A stretch of DNA of 64,000 nt from an uncultured Nitrospiraceae bacterium (GTDB taxonomy: Bacteria > Nitrospirota > Thermodesulfovibrionia > Thermodesulfovibrionales > Dissulfurispiraceae): positions 512,001 to 576,000 of the forward strand of contig CAVPIW010000006.1 in the NCBI GenBank assembly GCA_963705105.1, given 5' to 3'. Each line of letters begins with the position of its first letter. Within the stretch, counting starts at the first letter, position 1. Position numbers and translations under genes: made by a program. The notes beneath the pieces were generated by a model. That model was not told the origin of the DNA, did not search any database, and saw nothing but the letters and a program-made list of their open reading frames with translations. Below are positions 38,471 to 49,261 of the stretch, piece after piece.

Positions 38471-40552
38471 ATGCAGAATAACATGGAATTCTCGCAGAGC
38501 GCCTCTCTCCTGCTCGTGGAGCTCGGAACGGAAGAGATTCCCGCCCGGTTTCTTCCCGAGGCGATCGCAAAGCTGCGTGAAAACGGAGAGCGGCTCTTCG
38601 CCGAATACCGCCTTTCCGTATCGACTCTTAAGGCCTATGCGACGCCCCGCCGGCTTACTCTCCTGGCGGACGTTGATCCTGTCCAGACGGCGGTGGAGAG
38701 GGAAGTCTGGGGACCTCCCGTCTCCGCGGCCTTTGACGAAACCGGCAACCCGACGAAGGCGGCGGAGGCCTTCGCGAAGGCGCAGGGCGTCCCTATCGAT
38801 TCTCTTCAGCGCAGGGAGAAGGGCAAGGGCGCGTACATCGTGGCCTCGGTGAAAGAGGAGGCCCGGCCGGCGACGGACGTGCTGCCGGAGATCCTGACGA
38901 AGCTCATCCTTTCCCTGAACTTCCCGAAATCAATGCGCTGGGGCGACAGCGATTTCAGGTTCGTCCGGCCCATACACTGGATCCTGAGCCTCTACAACAA
39001 TGAAAAGGTCGTATTCGAGATCCGGGACCTGCAGAGCGGCAGCACGACGCGCGGACACCGGTTCCTCTCTCCCGCCTCCTTCGAGATCAGGGACATCAGA
39101 GCGTACATAAACCTCCTGCGCAACAACTATGTCATTCTCGACCCCGAAGAGCGGGTCCGCATGATCCTTGAGGGATCGAACAGGCTGGCCGCCTCGGTGA
39201 ACGCCGTGCTCGTCCAGGACGACGAACTGCTGAACCATGTCTCCTTCCTCATCGAGTATCCCGTGCCCGTGCTCGGGACCTTTCCCTTCGAGTACCTCGC
39301 CCTGCCGAGGGAGCTGCTCATCACCGTCATGAAGGGTCACCAGAAATACTTCGCCCTGGAAGACAGGTACGGCAAGCTTTCCAACTCCTTCATCATAGTC
39401 AGCAATACCAAGCCGGACAATGCCGAAACCGTCCGGAGAGGGGCGGAGCGGGTCATCAAGGCGCGCTTCGAGGATGCCCGGTTCTATTTCGAGGAAGACC
39501 GGCGTGTGCCTCTCATGGAGCGACTTGAGGGGCTGAAAAAGGTGATTTATCATGAGCGACTCGGCAGCATTCATGCCAAGACGCTCCGGATAGACTCCCT
39601 GGCCGGGTTTATTGCCGAACGGTGCCATCCCGGCAGGAAAGAGGACATTCATACGGCGGCCCTTCTCACAAAGACGGACCTCATCAGCGGCGTCGTCAGG
39701 GAATTCCCTGAGTTGCAGGGCATCATGGGCGGGTATTACGCGCGGCTGGAGGGGTACAAAGAGGATGTCGCCCGGGCCGTGTCGGAACATTACCGTCCCG
39801 CCTTCTCGGGTGACAAGGTCCCTGAGACGGACATCGGCGCCGTCGTCAGCCTTGCGGACAAATGCGATAATCTTGCTTCATTTTTCATGCTCGGGCTCAC
39901 GCCGACGGGCACTGAAGACCCCTTCGCCCTGAGGCGCCAGGCTCTCAGCTCGCTGGCCATCCTGATCCAGAGAAGGCTCGACATCTCTCTTGAAGAGATA
40001 CTTTCCAAAGCCCTGGAACCATACAGCATCGACAACAGGGACGCTATCGTCGACCAGTTGATCGCCTTCATCGCCCAGAGGGCGGAGCACTACTTCCAGT
40101 CCGAAGGGTTCCCTCAAGACGTCGTGGCCGCCGTGATGGGTCACCTGAGGAACAGGCCTCTCCACAGGGTGATTGAGACCCTTGCCGCCCTGAAGACCTT
40201 CAGGGAAGACCCCGGCTGCGCGCCGTTCCTGCTCGTCATGAAGAGGGTGAACAACATTGCGCCTCGGGAAGAGATGCCGGAGGTGTCACCGGCCCTTTTC
40301 GTGGAGAATGAAGAGAGGGTCCTGTGGGAGCGCCTCGGGATGGTGAAAACGGGGCTTCCGGCAGCGATAGCATCACACGATGACAAGGCGGCCATCGACC
40401 TCCTGGCGACACTTCAGGAACCCGTCAACCTGTTTTTCGACAAAGTCCTCATCATGGATAAGAGGGATGAGGTAAAGAGGAACCGCCTGTCGCTCCTCAG
40501 GCAGATCCTGGACCTCTCGATCCGGGTCGCAGACTTTTCAAAGCTCTCCTGA
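38471..40552 (+). CDS. glyS: Glycine-tRNA ligase beta subunit
   Basis: LLVELGTEEIP, TPRRL, FVRPIHW, EFPELQG, DPFALRR. Confidence 0.96.
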   Translation: MQNNMEFSQSASLLLVELGTEEIPARFLPEAIAKLRENGERLFAEYRLSVSTLKAYATPRRLTLLADVDPVQTAVEREVWGPPVSAAFDETGNPTKAAEAFAKAQGVPIDSLQRREKGKGAYIVASVKEEARPATDVLPEILTKLILSLNFPKSMRWGDSDFRFVRPIHWILSLYNNEKVVFEIRDLQSGSTTRGHRFLSPASFEIRDIRAYINLLRNNYVILDPEERVRMILEGSNRLAASVNAVLVQDDELLNHVSFLIEYPVPVLGTFPFEYLALPRELLITVMKGHQKYFALEDRYGKLSNSFIIVSNTKPDNAETVRRGAERVIKARFEDARFYFEEDRRVPLMERLEGLKKVIYHERLGSIHAKTLRIDSLAGFIAERCHPGRKEDIHTAALLTKTDLISGVVREFPELQGIMGGYYARLEGYKEDVARAVSEHYRPAFSGDKVPETDIGAVVSLADKCDNLASFFMLGLTPTGTEDPFALRRQALSSLAILIQRRLDISLEEILSKALEPYSIDNRDAIVDQLIAFIAQRAEHYFQSEGFPQDVVAAVMGHLRNRPLHRVIETLAALKTFREDPGCAPFLLVMKRVNNIAPREEMPEVSPALFVENEERVLWERLGMVKTGLPAAIASHDDKAAIDLLATLQEPVNLFFDKVLIMDKRDEVKRNRLSLLRQILDLSIRVADFSKLS

Positions 40553-40944
40553 TCATTAGATCTGCGCAGTTCGCGTTCCTCGTGCACCGCAGAGTGCATC
40601 GCCTGTCAATGTCACTGTCTTCCTTACCTCTTCCTGTTCCTTGAACTGTCAGCGCGCAAACCTTACGACACTGCAAGCACTTTCTTCTTGACCGCCACTG
40701 ACCATTCGAAATATAAAATATTTAATTACTATTATGACTCATGTTAGACAAAATAATGTATTACATTGTACAACATACTATTTGCCGTTTTTTACGAATA
40801 CGTTAACTCAAGTAGTTACTCTTTATGTGAAATCTGTTTTTTATTTAGAAGTATGAAAATTGCCGGAGTTATCGAGTTAACTATGTAAGAAATCTTTCGC
40901 GGCGGCTTAACTGCCTCATTAGTTTCTCGAAATGGATACGATCG

Positions 40945-42005
40945 ATGACTCTAAGTCTTTTCATATTAATGACGCTTGCGAGCGAATTTGACGACATCTA
41001 CGAGTATTTAATTCGATTTGCAGTCGGTGATTCTTTATTCGATGTTGTTCGCGCGTATGATATTCGTAATCAGCGGAATATCCTTGCCGACATAGTGCAA
41101 GCTATTACCGATTCTGATTTGATCATTGCTGATCTGTCCACGGCCAATGCAAACGTTTATTAAGAACTCTGCCTTGCACATGCCTTTGGCAAGCATCTAA
41201 TTCTCCTCGCTCAAGATATTGAGGAAGTGCCTTTTTACCTTCGCTCCTATCGATTATTGACCTATAAGACCCATTTCTCCAACATCAATGAGGCAAGAGA
41301 AGAACTGATACAATTGGCTCTTGGCGCTCGGGATATTACCGTTCAATTTGGAAGTCCGTTGTCAGACTTCCGCGCACTATCCGGACCCATGGCCACCCCG
41401 ATAATTTCCGTTGCTGAGCAAGGTATTACAGTAACGAAGGACGATCGTGGCTTTCTCGATTTTCAGAATGATCTCAAAGACAGTTTTGAAGTAATTACGA
41501 ATGTGCTCGTGGAATTTATCACTCGTTCCAGTCGCTTAACTCTGAGATCGTGACGACTAGAGAACAGCTGCAAGACTCAGCCAATACGTCTTCCAAGAAA
41601 CGCAGGGTAATAGTTCGCGCCCTCGCATCCTCGTTGGAGGAGTACGCAAAGTGTCTGCGCGGAGGCAATACTCAATATCGCAAGGCGTTGGCTCGAATCA
41701 GCGAGACTCTCAACGCTTTGTTCATTGTAGATTTCGAAATAGAAAAGGACGCTTTGCCGCAACTGCGCGCATTTATATCAACGATGCGCAGCATTGAGCA
41801 ACAAGCACATGCATTACGTGAAACGTTTTATGGCCTTGTCGGCACAATGGAAAGATTGCCACGGATCGAGAAGGAATTTAATCGCGCGAAGCGGTATATG
41901 GCGTAAGAATTAAAGGAACTACTGAACAATATTGAGCAAACGGTATCAGCCTTGGCGAAGGCGCGTAATGCATCAACGCAGCTTCTTAGCGACAACGAAA
42001 TCTAA
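40945..42005 (+). pseudogene. Decayed nucleoside-2-deoxyribosyltransferase/TIR-like gene cassette
   Basis: ADLSTANANVY*ELCLAHAFGK (stop replaces Tyr); frameshift near 41520-41550; second in-frame stop at 41904; final TAA lies within ATCTAAC. Confidence 0.72.
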
Positions 42006-42118
42006 CTTTAAGTCGAACAGACGTTCCGCAGGCGCCGCGCGCTTCAGGAACGCAAAAATTAATTGAATAATCATGGCGCCACCGCAATCAGTTTACGCAG
42101 CGGAAGCTCAAATAGATC
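42000..42118 (+). other. Degenerate attC-like site
   Basis: RYYYAAC inverse core ATCTAAC overlapping the stop codon, followed by an attC-like left arm; right core eroded. Confidence 0.45.
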
Positions 42119-43793
42119 AATCAGAAAATTAAGAAATACTATCAAGTGAAAGCGAATCAAGGGCAAGAGCAAATTATTCTGTAAATACGACTTTGTTGAC
42201 ATGCAGTAGTCCACATTTTTTTAAGAAACTTCATGGTCGGCAATTGAATGACCCTCAAAGACTTTGTAAGCATCTCGTCAAAGCCCTCACTATTAGTGGC
42301 ATTCCGGACTATTTAAAACAATATAGCGAAGACATACACTAGTTTGCTCAACACAATGTTGCATTTACAACGAGAGAAAATGCACTTAAAAGCAAGAAAT
42401 GGGACAAAAAGTTTCCGATATCAGACTGCAGCATTAAAACGACCAAATCAGCGAAAAAGAAAAAGTATCATTACATTGAAGGCATTGGAGACGAAAAGAA
42501 AATCTAGGCGAATCTTCTACTATCTGAAGGTGCTATCTCTTTTACCATAAGTAATTTTCATGGGAGTTATGACCTGAATTCTCAAGCAAGTCATATTCAT
42601 TGGAATTATAGAGACATGGAGCAAGCAGTCATTAATTGGATAAATGGACGAATACAACAGAACGAAAAAAGATGACGCTCCAGTGGCTACAAAGAGAACT
42701 ATAGTAAAGAAGCTTAATCCTGAACCAATCTTCGTGAGCAGCATGAAAACAATTGCTACTGAAAAAGTCGATACGTCATCGGGTCTCTTGGAGTTGCCCG
42801 ACGGACTTATCCATGCGATTTGATGAAATCAAGAAATATGATGATGTCATAGGCGGTATCGAACGCAATAAGGTCAATACTTACATTTCAAATACAAGTA
42901 ATTTGCTAATATATTCCATCAATGAAGCATGAACATATTACTATAACGTTTGTCCTTCGTCAGCCACATCAGAGATTAGCTTACCCGAAGCAGGCATCTC
43001 GTCACCACTGCGGTTCGTTATAACAATTGACGGCGCAGATAACTTTCCCAAGAACTTTCTTTTCATGGAAAAAGCAGTTAAGCAGTGGCTCACAGATGAA
43101 TACAACAAAATTAGAAACACTGAAATCTGAAAACAAAGATGAAGACAGCGTACAATCGGTTAAGGGACGGCGTTTCGCCGTCCCTCCCCACACCACTTGG
43201 CTTGCGGGTACGCACCGGGCGGTCTGTGGAAATCATCGGGCCATAGCCGGATTGAATCCAAATCTGCAATGAACACAAGCGCTCTCACGGAGACCAGATC
43301 GGCGTGAAAGCATTCCCTACGCGCCGATGTTCAGTTCCTTAGGTTGGTTTCAGCGCCGATATGGAACTCTTTGGGTGCACCAGCTCATTTCCACGTTCGG
43401 GCCTTCCTTCCGGGTTGCGGGAAGCAATCATGCCGTCTGCTGAATTCTGCGTGCTGACCGGATATGTTTCCACATCCGGCGCTCCGGGAATGCTCATGAG
43501 ATGCTGTCTGCTTTGTGTTTCCCTGAAGGGGCTCATATCCGGCCACAGCAGCAGGGTATGCCGGGTCATTGATCAACCGGATAGCGCTCGTCCGGATTCT
43601 GCTCATGAATCTCCTGTCGCATGACGCGCTTATCTCCCCGGATAAGAGCGTGAACTTTCTGTGCACAACCGCCGCATTTACCCTATCCCCTGAACCTGCG
43701 GGCTTCGTTGTGTTGTGCCAACTCGCCCGGGGACTGAGCCTTGTATGCGGTGTCTGTCCGTCGGATCAAGTCCAGGGAAGGCTCCAGCTCGCA

Positions 43794-45154
43794 GGTAGTG
43801 TCAAGAATCTTTCGCACATTTGATTTGGCGACCTCGATCCAGTATTCCCATTAAGCTGCCGTTATTCCCCGCGCCAGGTCGTCGATCCGGTCCATTCTGA
43901 GATATTGCCTGGTGCCCCACTTGGTGGCCGCGATATGCCTCAGTCGTGCAGCCACCAACATCAATGCCGAGTTGCCGTCGGGAAAGCAGCCAACGACCCT
44001 GGTCCGTCTCCTGATTTCCCTCATGATCCTCTCAAGGGGATTATTCGTCCGTATCCGCAGCCAATGTTCACGGGGAAACTCATAATACCCCAGCGTCTCT
44101 TCAATCCCCTCACGGACTATCCCAGCCGCTTTGGCCAGTCTCATCTCCTGGAGCTTCCTGCAGACCATCGCCGCTTTCTCCCGTGCCTCTTTCCGATCCT
44201 CCTGCGCATGGATCGCTTTGAGCATCGCAGCGACATCCTTCACTTTCTCCTTCGGCACTGCTGTAAAGACATTCCGGTAAAAATGCACCATGCACCGCTG
44301 CCACAGCGCCTCCGGGTAAAATTCCCCCAGTGCCTCAATCAGTCCAAGACACTTATCCGTGATGAACAGCCTGACGCCTTTCAGTCCCCTTTCTTTGAGG
44401 TATCTGAGGAAAATAACCCAGCTTGCTTTATCCTCCTTTGCACCCTCCGCTACCCCAAGAACCTCACGATAGCCACTCTCGTCAACTCCCACGGCAACCA
44501 GAACCGCGACGTTCCTGACTTCCCCTGCCCAACTGCGCTTCAGTGCTATCCCGTCCAGATAGACATACGGATGCTCCCCGTGGATCGGCCTCATCCTCCA
44601 TGCCTCAATGGTCTTATAGATCTTCGCATTCAGTCCAGAGACTGTCCCCGGACTCACTCTTGTGCCCCAGAGGGCTTCGGTAATATCCTCCACTCTCCTG
44701 ACGGATACCCCGGCGAGGCACATTTCGACAAGGGCCTCCTCGACCGATATCTCCTTTCGCCGGTACCGCTCAATGATGGCTGTCTCAAAAGGCAGTGATC
44801 TGAGCTTCGGAACCTTCAGGATTACCTCCCCAGAGGTCGTCTGAAGCTTCCTCTAATCCTTGCCCGCCCTCGTGTCTTTCCTGCTCTCCGTCCGCTCATA
44901 TCGCCTGGCATTGCAAAGCCGGTCCGCTTCTTCGCTCAGAAGGGTATTTAGCGTCTCTTCCACTGCCGTCCTGACAACTTCTCCCACATGCGCTCGTACC
45001 TGCCCCTCATCAATCCTGATAATCTTGCCCTTCTTTGGTGTCCAATTCTTCTGAGTCATGGTGTGCCTCCTCCGGTAAGGTGTTTTTGGCAAAACTACAT
45101 TACCAGATTCGAGGTCACCATGACTCAATTGTGCGAAAAATATCGTACGTTATC
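43794..45154 (-). mobile_element. IS256-family element (1361 bp)
   Basis: IRs share TTTCGCACA; 8-bp target duplication AGCTCGCA at 43786-43793 and 45155-45162. Confidence 0.9.
43851..45059 (-). pseudogene. IS256 transposase with an in-frame nonsense codon
   Basis: TAG at 44855-44853 separates two same-frame ORFs; YLDGI, ITDKCLG, QRCMVHF, RTNNPLER. Confidence 0.88.
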
Positions 45155-45359
45155 AGCTCGCACATTCGCACTCAGGCTTCCTTCAGACCCCTCCTCGCGG
45201 AGACGCCCCCGGATCATGTCCGGGGCGGGCTCTTGCCTTCGGCTCATACTTGTGATAGCATTCATATGTATGAACACTTTCCGGTTCTCGTACAGGGGAG
45301 TTTCACCCCATAAGCTCACGCTCATGCCTGGCGTACACAAATCGCACAAGGAGTGACAG

Positions 45360-46274
45360 ATGACCGGCCCGGTCGAGATCTTCTTCTCGTACGCGCACGA
45401 AGACGAAGACCTCATGAACGATGTGCGACGCCAATTGGTCGTCGAGGAACGCAATGGACGCATCCTCAAGTGGCATGACCGCATGATTCCGCCGGGCGAA
45501 GACTGGCGAGAGCAGATTGACAGGCGCCTAAACAGAGCTGCCATCGTTTTGCTCTTTGTGAGCCCGCACTTGGTCAAATCCCGGCTATTACTCCGAGATC
45601 AAGGGCAGTCGGTTTTTCAGCGGCAAGAGACGGGAGAGGCACGAGTCATCCCCATAATCTTGCGGCCATGCATGTGGGAACGGGCACCGTTCGGAAGGTT
45701 GCAGGCGCTTCCCCGAGACGCCCAACCGTTAAGCAGGTGGCCGGATCGCGACGAGGCATGCTTGGACGTGGCCAGGGGCATAATGGCCGTAGTCGACGAA
45801 GTATTGGGTGGGCGCTCTTCCGGCGGGGCGATGCCAGCCCGACCCATCGCTGAAGAATCCGGCGGACAAACGGTTCGATCGTCCGCCGACACGTCCGCCG
45901 GCCAGCACGCCAGGATTGAACGCCTGATGCCGGATCTGCTCAGCGAAATGCGGAAGGACCTCACTAAACATCCGACCACACGCGAGTTCGTCGTGCTCAA
46001 GCGCGGGTGGGTGTACAACAGGCGTGGCTTCTACCTAGCGTACTACTTGGATGAACACGACGACCTCGAAGGTAAGCTTCAAATCCTAGAGAACCTCGGT
46101 TGTATCCGAGAGATTACGTACAACAGTGTTCGGCGTTTCGTATTCGAGGAGCATTTTGTCGATTACCTGACTGAGCCGGCTAATCGGGTAAGGGACGGCT
46201 TTAGCCGTCCCTCCCCACACCACCCGGCTTGCGGGTCCGCACCGGGCGGTTCGCGGAAATCATCTGGGCCGTAG
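45360..46274 (+). CDS. TIR-domain protein (likely degenerate); its 3' end runs into intron 2
   Basis: IFFSYAHED, WHDRMIPPG, IVLLFVSP, VIPIILRPC; AAGGAG RBS. Confidence 0.8.
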   Translation: MTGPVEIFFSYAHEDEDLMNDVRRQLVVEERNGRILKWHDRMIPPGEDWREQIDRRLNRAAIVLLFVSPHLVKSRLLLRDQGQSVFQRQETGEARVIPIILRPCMWERAPFGRLQALPRDAQPLSRWPDRDEACLDVARGIMAVVDEVLGGRSSGGAMPARPIAEESGGQTVRSSADTSAGQHARIERLMPDLLSEMRKDLTKHPTTREFVVLKRGWVYNRRGFYLAYYLDEHDDLEGKLQILENLGCIREITYNSVRRFVFEEHFVDYLTEPANRVRDGFSRPSPHHPACGSAPGGSRKSSGP

Positions 46275-46777
46275 CCGGATTGAATCCAAATCTGCCGTCT
46301 GCTGACTTCTGCGTGCTGACCGGATATGTTTCCACAGCGGCGCTCCGGGAATGTTCATGAGATGCTGTCTGCTTTGTGTTTCTCCAAAAAGAGACTCGCA
46401 TCTGCCCACAGCGGACGGAATGCGCAGGGTCATTGGTCAACCGGTTAGACCTCGTGCGGATTCTGCTCAATGAAGGTCCTGTCGCGTGACAAGCAGATCT
46501 CCCCGGAAAAGGCTTGTCCCGGACTCCGATCCGGGAACGTGACCTTTCCGTGCACAACCGCCGCATTTACACTATCCCCTGAACCTGCGGGCTTCATTGT
46601 GTTGTGCCAACTTGCCCGGAGACTGAGCCGTGTATGCGGTTTCTGTTCCCCGGATCAGGTCCGGGGCGGGCTCTTGCCTTCGGCTCGTACTTGTGATAGC
46701 ATCCATTAGTATGAACACTCTCAGGTTCTCGTACAGGGGACTTTCACCCCATAAGCTCACGCCCATGCCGGGCGTAC
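46183..46777 (-). mobile_element. ORF-less group IIC-attC-type intron (595 nt)
   Basis: 5' GTACGCCCGGCATGGGCG; 3' ...CCCTTACCCGAT; paralogous to 43155-45336; exons rejoin as GGCTA|ACAACCGG. Confidence 0.85.
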
Positions 46778-46850
46778 ACAACCGGCTCGACCAGATGGCG
46801 AATAGCCTGAGCGGTTCTTGCAAAGGTGGTTGACGCCACTGGTCGGCCTC
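46778..46850 (+). other. attC site (left core split by the intron, right core lost)
   Basis: GACCAGATGGCG pairs with CGCCACTGGTC leaving one extrahelical base, as is typical of attC hairpins. Confidence 0.65.
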
Positions 46851-46933
46851 CTTGCGAGAAAGAGGGGATCGTCAAGAAAAACAAATGAGGAATATCAAGA
46901 CTTAAAGATATAATAGAGACGAAAGGAGGCGGA

Positions 46934-47155
46934 ATGACACAAAAACTAACCGCAATAATAGAGAAAGAGAACGACGGCTACGTTTCTCTTTGTCCGGAGC
47001 TTGATATTGCAAGCCAGGGAGATACTATAGAACAGGCACGTGACAACCTCAAAGAGGCTCTGGAGCTTTTCTTTGAGACCGCCTCTCCCGAGGAGATAAA
47101 ACACCGGCTTCACGGTGACATATTTGTGACACAAATTGAGGTAGCTGTTGGGTAG
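46934..47155 (+). CDS. hicB: HicB-family antitoxin
   Basis: YVSLCPELDIASQGDTIEQARDNLKEALELF. Confidence 0.9.
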   Translation: MTQKLTAIIEKENDGYVSLCPELDIASQGDTIEQARDNLKEALELFFETASPEEIKHRLHGDIFVTQIEVAVG

Positions 47156-47369
47156 ATTTCGCATCCTTTCAGGAAAGGAAGTATGTGACATTCTCGCACG
47201 TCATGGCTTTGCCGAGGTAAGAAGAAGAGGCAGCCATATCATAATGCAGAAGAGGCTGTCTGACGGCACAATTACTGTCCCCGTGCCTGACCATAACGAA
47301 ATCAGAATAGGTACTCTCCAATCCATAATCAGACAGTCGGGAATTCCCAGATCAGAATTTGAATCGTAA
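47148..47369 (+). CDS. hicA: HicA-family toxin
   Basis: HGFAEVRRRGSHIIM...VPDHNEIRIGTLQSII. Confidence 0.9.
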   Translation: MGRFRILSGKEVCDILARHGFAEVRRRGSHIIMQKRLSDGTITVPVPDHNEIRIGTLQSIIRQSGIPRSEFES

Positions 47370-47470
47370 AGAGATTTACCATCCCCTAAACCTGCGTGAA
47401 TTTTTCTTCAGAAACGGCACCCTGTCCTCGTTTTCAAGGTATCGCGGCAAGATATTTTGGACAGCGGTCA

Positions 47471-47500
47471 TCGTACAGGGGACTTTCACCCCATAAGCTC
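47471..47500 (-). repeat. 30-bp fragment of the group II intron 5' region
   Basis: TCGTACAGGGGACTTTCACCCCATAAGCTC, identical to intron 2. Confidence 0.75.
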
Positions 47501-47508
47501 CCCACCCG

Positions 47509-49041
47509 TCAGTAACGGGCAACGCCGCGTATGAGCTGAGTCGGGAAAAGACCGGTTAAATCCTCAATGTGCATCGTCACTTTGTCGGCCTCGAACCTGA
47601 AGGCGACGCGGAAGTGATTGACACCGTCGGCCTCGGCATAGTCGATAAAGAATTCGTCGCTGCCGCTCCATTGCCCTCTCACCGCCAGGGTCGGCCCGGC
47701 AGGATCGGGTGTTGAGAACCGGTAATTCCCGTCCAATCCGACCGCCAGTGTGAGTGTGTCCTTCCCGAGACGCAGATCGAGTGCGGCTTCCTCCCGCCCC
47801 TTAAAGTGCAGGGAAAAGCGCTTTATGTCCAGCAAGTTGGGCTCAAACATATATACCCGGCCGGAAAACTCACGGGCCCGCTTCGGCAGTCCCGGGGGCG
47901 GTGCGGGTGGAGGCGGCCGTGCGGCAGAGGCGATCTTGTCTGTCAGTCGCCGGAAAGCGGGTTCATTCTCCGGCAAGGTCCGGTCCGGTTTTAACGACGC
48001 CAATAAAAGAGGAGCAAGCAGGCCAGGGTCGAGACCGGCCCCGTTCACGACCACGACCAGGTCCGCCCCCGGCCAGACCAGGACGCGCTGCCCTCCCCGG
48101 CCCGCCGCCGTGTACATGCCGATCAGGTTGCGAGGTCCAATCCACCAGCCGTATCCGTAGTCCGCATCGCCCTTCGGGACGTTAACCCTGCGGTTTGCCG
48201 ACTGGCGGACCCAGCCCGGAGAGAGGATCTGCCAGCCTCGCCATCGGCCTTCGTGCAGATAGAGGTAGCCGATTTTGGCCATGTCGCGCGGATGCATCCT
48301 CAGGTCTGTCCAGCCATAGGTGATACCCTGAGGATCGGCAGGCCAGATAACATCCCGGATCCCCAGCGGCTCGAACAGCAGCAGACGCCCGAAATCCAGG
48401 GCACTCACACCCGCTGCGCGCGTCAGGACGGCCGAAAGCAGATGCGTCGAGCCGCTGCAATAGGAGAACTCGCTGCCAGGCTTCGTTCGCATCGGCAGAT
48501 TGAATACGGCGGCAACGAAATCCTCGCTCCGCTGCATTTCAAGCGCCTCGATCTCACCGGGCCGGTACCCGCAGTCCAGGCCGGCCGTCATGGTCAGGAG
48601 GTGCTCGACGGCTATGCTTTTCTTTGCATCGGGAAGAACGTTCCCGTATTCCGGAAAGAAGTCGATCACACGCTGCCCGGTGCCCTTGATATACTCATGA
48701 TCAACGGCAAGCCCGACAAGGGTGGAGGTGATGCTCTTCGTTACCGAGGCCCAGGAGTGCAGGGTCCTGCCGTCATAGGGATAGAAGTAGGCCTCCAGAA
48801 CGATATAACCGTGGCGTATGATGAGGAGGCTATGAACGGGTAAGCCCTTCTCCTTGATGACGTCGAGGGCTTGTCCCAGGGCTTCGGAATCGATGCCCTG
48901 CTGCTCGGGAGTCGAGGTCCTCCAGGCTTCCGTCGGCCAGTAGAGGGATTCAGGTTTCGGCGTCGCAACGCAACCCGCAAAGCCAATGGCGCACGCGACG
49001 ATGAGCCCAACGAGGAGTGCAACCCGAACGCGATTGCTCAT
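47509..49041 (-). CDS. Serine hydrolase, beta-lactamase-like lipoprotein
   Basis: Lipobox FAGC; SVTK (SxxK); FSYCS; start at MSNRV (the upstream extension is repeat-derived). Confidence 0.85.
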   Translation of the reverse strand: MSNRVRVALLVGLIVACAIGFAGCVATPKPESLYWPTEAWRTSTPEQQGIDSEALGQALDVIKEKGLPVHSLLIIRHGYIVLEAYFYPYDGRTLHSWASVTKSITSTLVGLAVDHEYIKGTGQRVIDFFPEYGNVLPDAKKSIAVEHLLTMTAGLDCGYRPGEIEALEMQRSEDFVAAVFNLPMRTKPGSEFSYCSGSTHLLSAVLTRAAGVSALDFGRLLLFEPLGIRDVIWPADPQGITYGWTDLRMHPRDMAKIGYLYLHEGRWRGWQILSPGWVRQSANRRVNVPKGDADYGYGWWIGPRNLIGMYTAAGRGGQRVLVWPGADLVVVVNGAGLDPGLLAPLLLASLKPDRTLPENEPAFRRLTDKIASAARPPPPAPPPGLPKRAREFSGRVYMFEPNLLDIKRFSLHFKGREEAALDLRLGKDTLTLAVGLDGNYRFSTPDPAGPTLAVRGQWSGSDEFFIDYAEADGVNHFRVAFRFEADKVTMHIEDLTGLFPTQLIRGVARY

Positions 49042-49048
49042 ATGTGAA

Positions 49049-49253
49049 CCTTGTCGTTGCATAGAAAGACAGGGCGAAACGCTCTGAAAGACAGTGTACG
49101 TGTCAGTGTGAGTGTCAGAAAAAAGGCTCGCTTTCTTCTGACAGCGGCTTGAATCATTTTCTTTTGTGACGGTTACGGCGTCGCCGCAGCAAGGTTTTCG
49201 GCGCATACGCCCCGCCTTTCCCGGGAGTGTAGTGCAACGATAATGTGATAAGG
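49049..49253 (-). repeat. MITE-like intergenic repeat, copy D
   Basis: CCTTGTCGTTGCA ... CCCCGCCTTTCCCGGGAGTGTAGTGCAACGA. Confidence 0.8.
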
Positions 49254-49261
49254 TCCGCCGG

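Larger units (their letters stand above)
43155..45336 (-). mobile_element. Group IIC-attC-type intron remnant (IEP mostly deleted) carrying an IS256
   Basis: 5' end GTACGCCAGGCATGAGCG; D5/D6 3' end CCGCCCGGTGCGTACCCGCAAGCC...CCCTTAACCGAT; the rejoined exons read GTACA|ACAAATCGC (bottom strand TTGT/T). Confidence 0.82.

Noticed and set aside
42130..43150. Gene call for the AT-rich stretch before intron 1
   Set aside because: Probably a decayed cassette, but it is fragmented by stops and I cannot recognise a family
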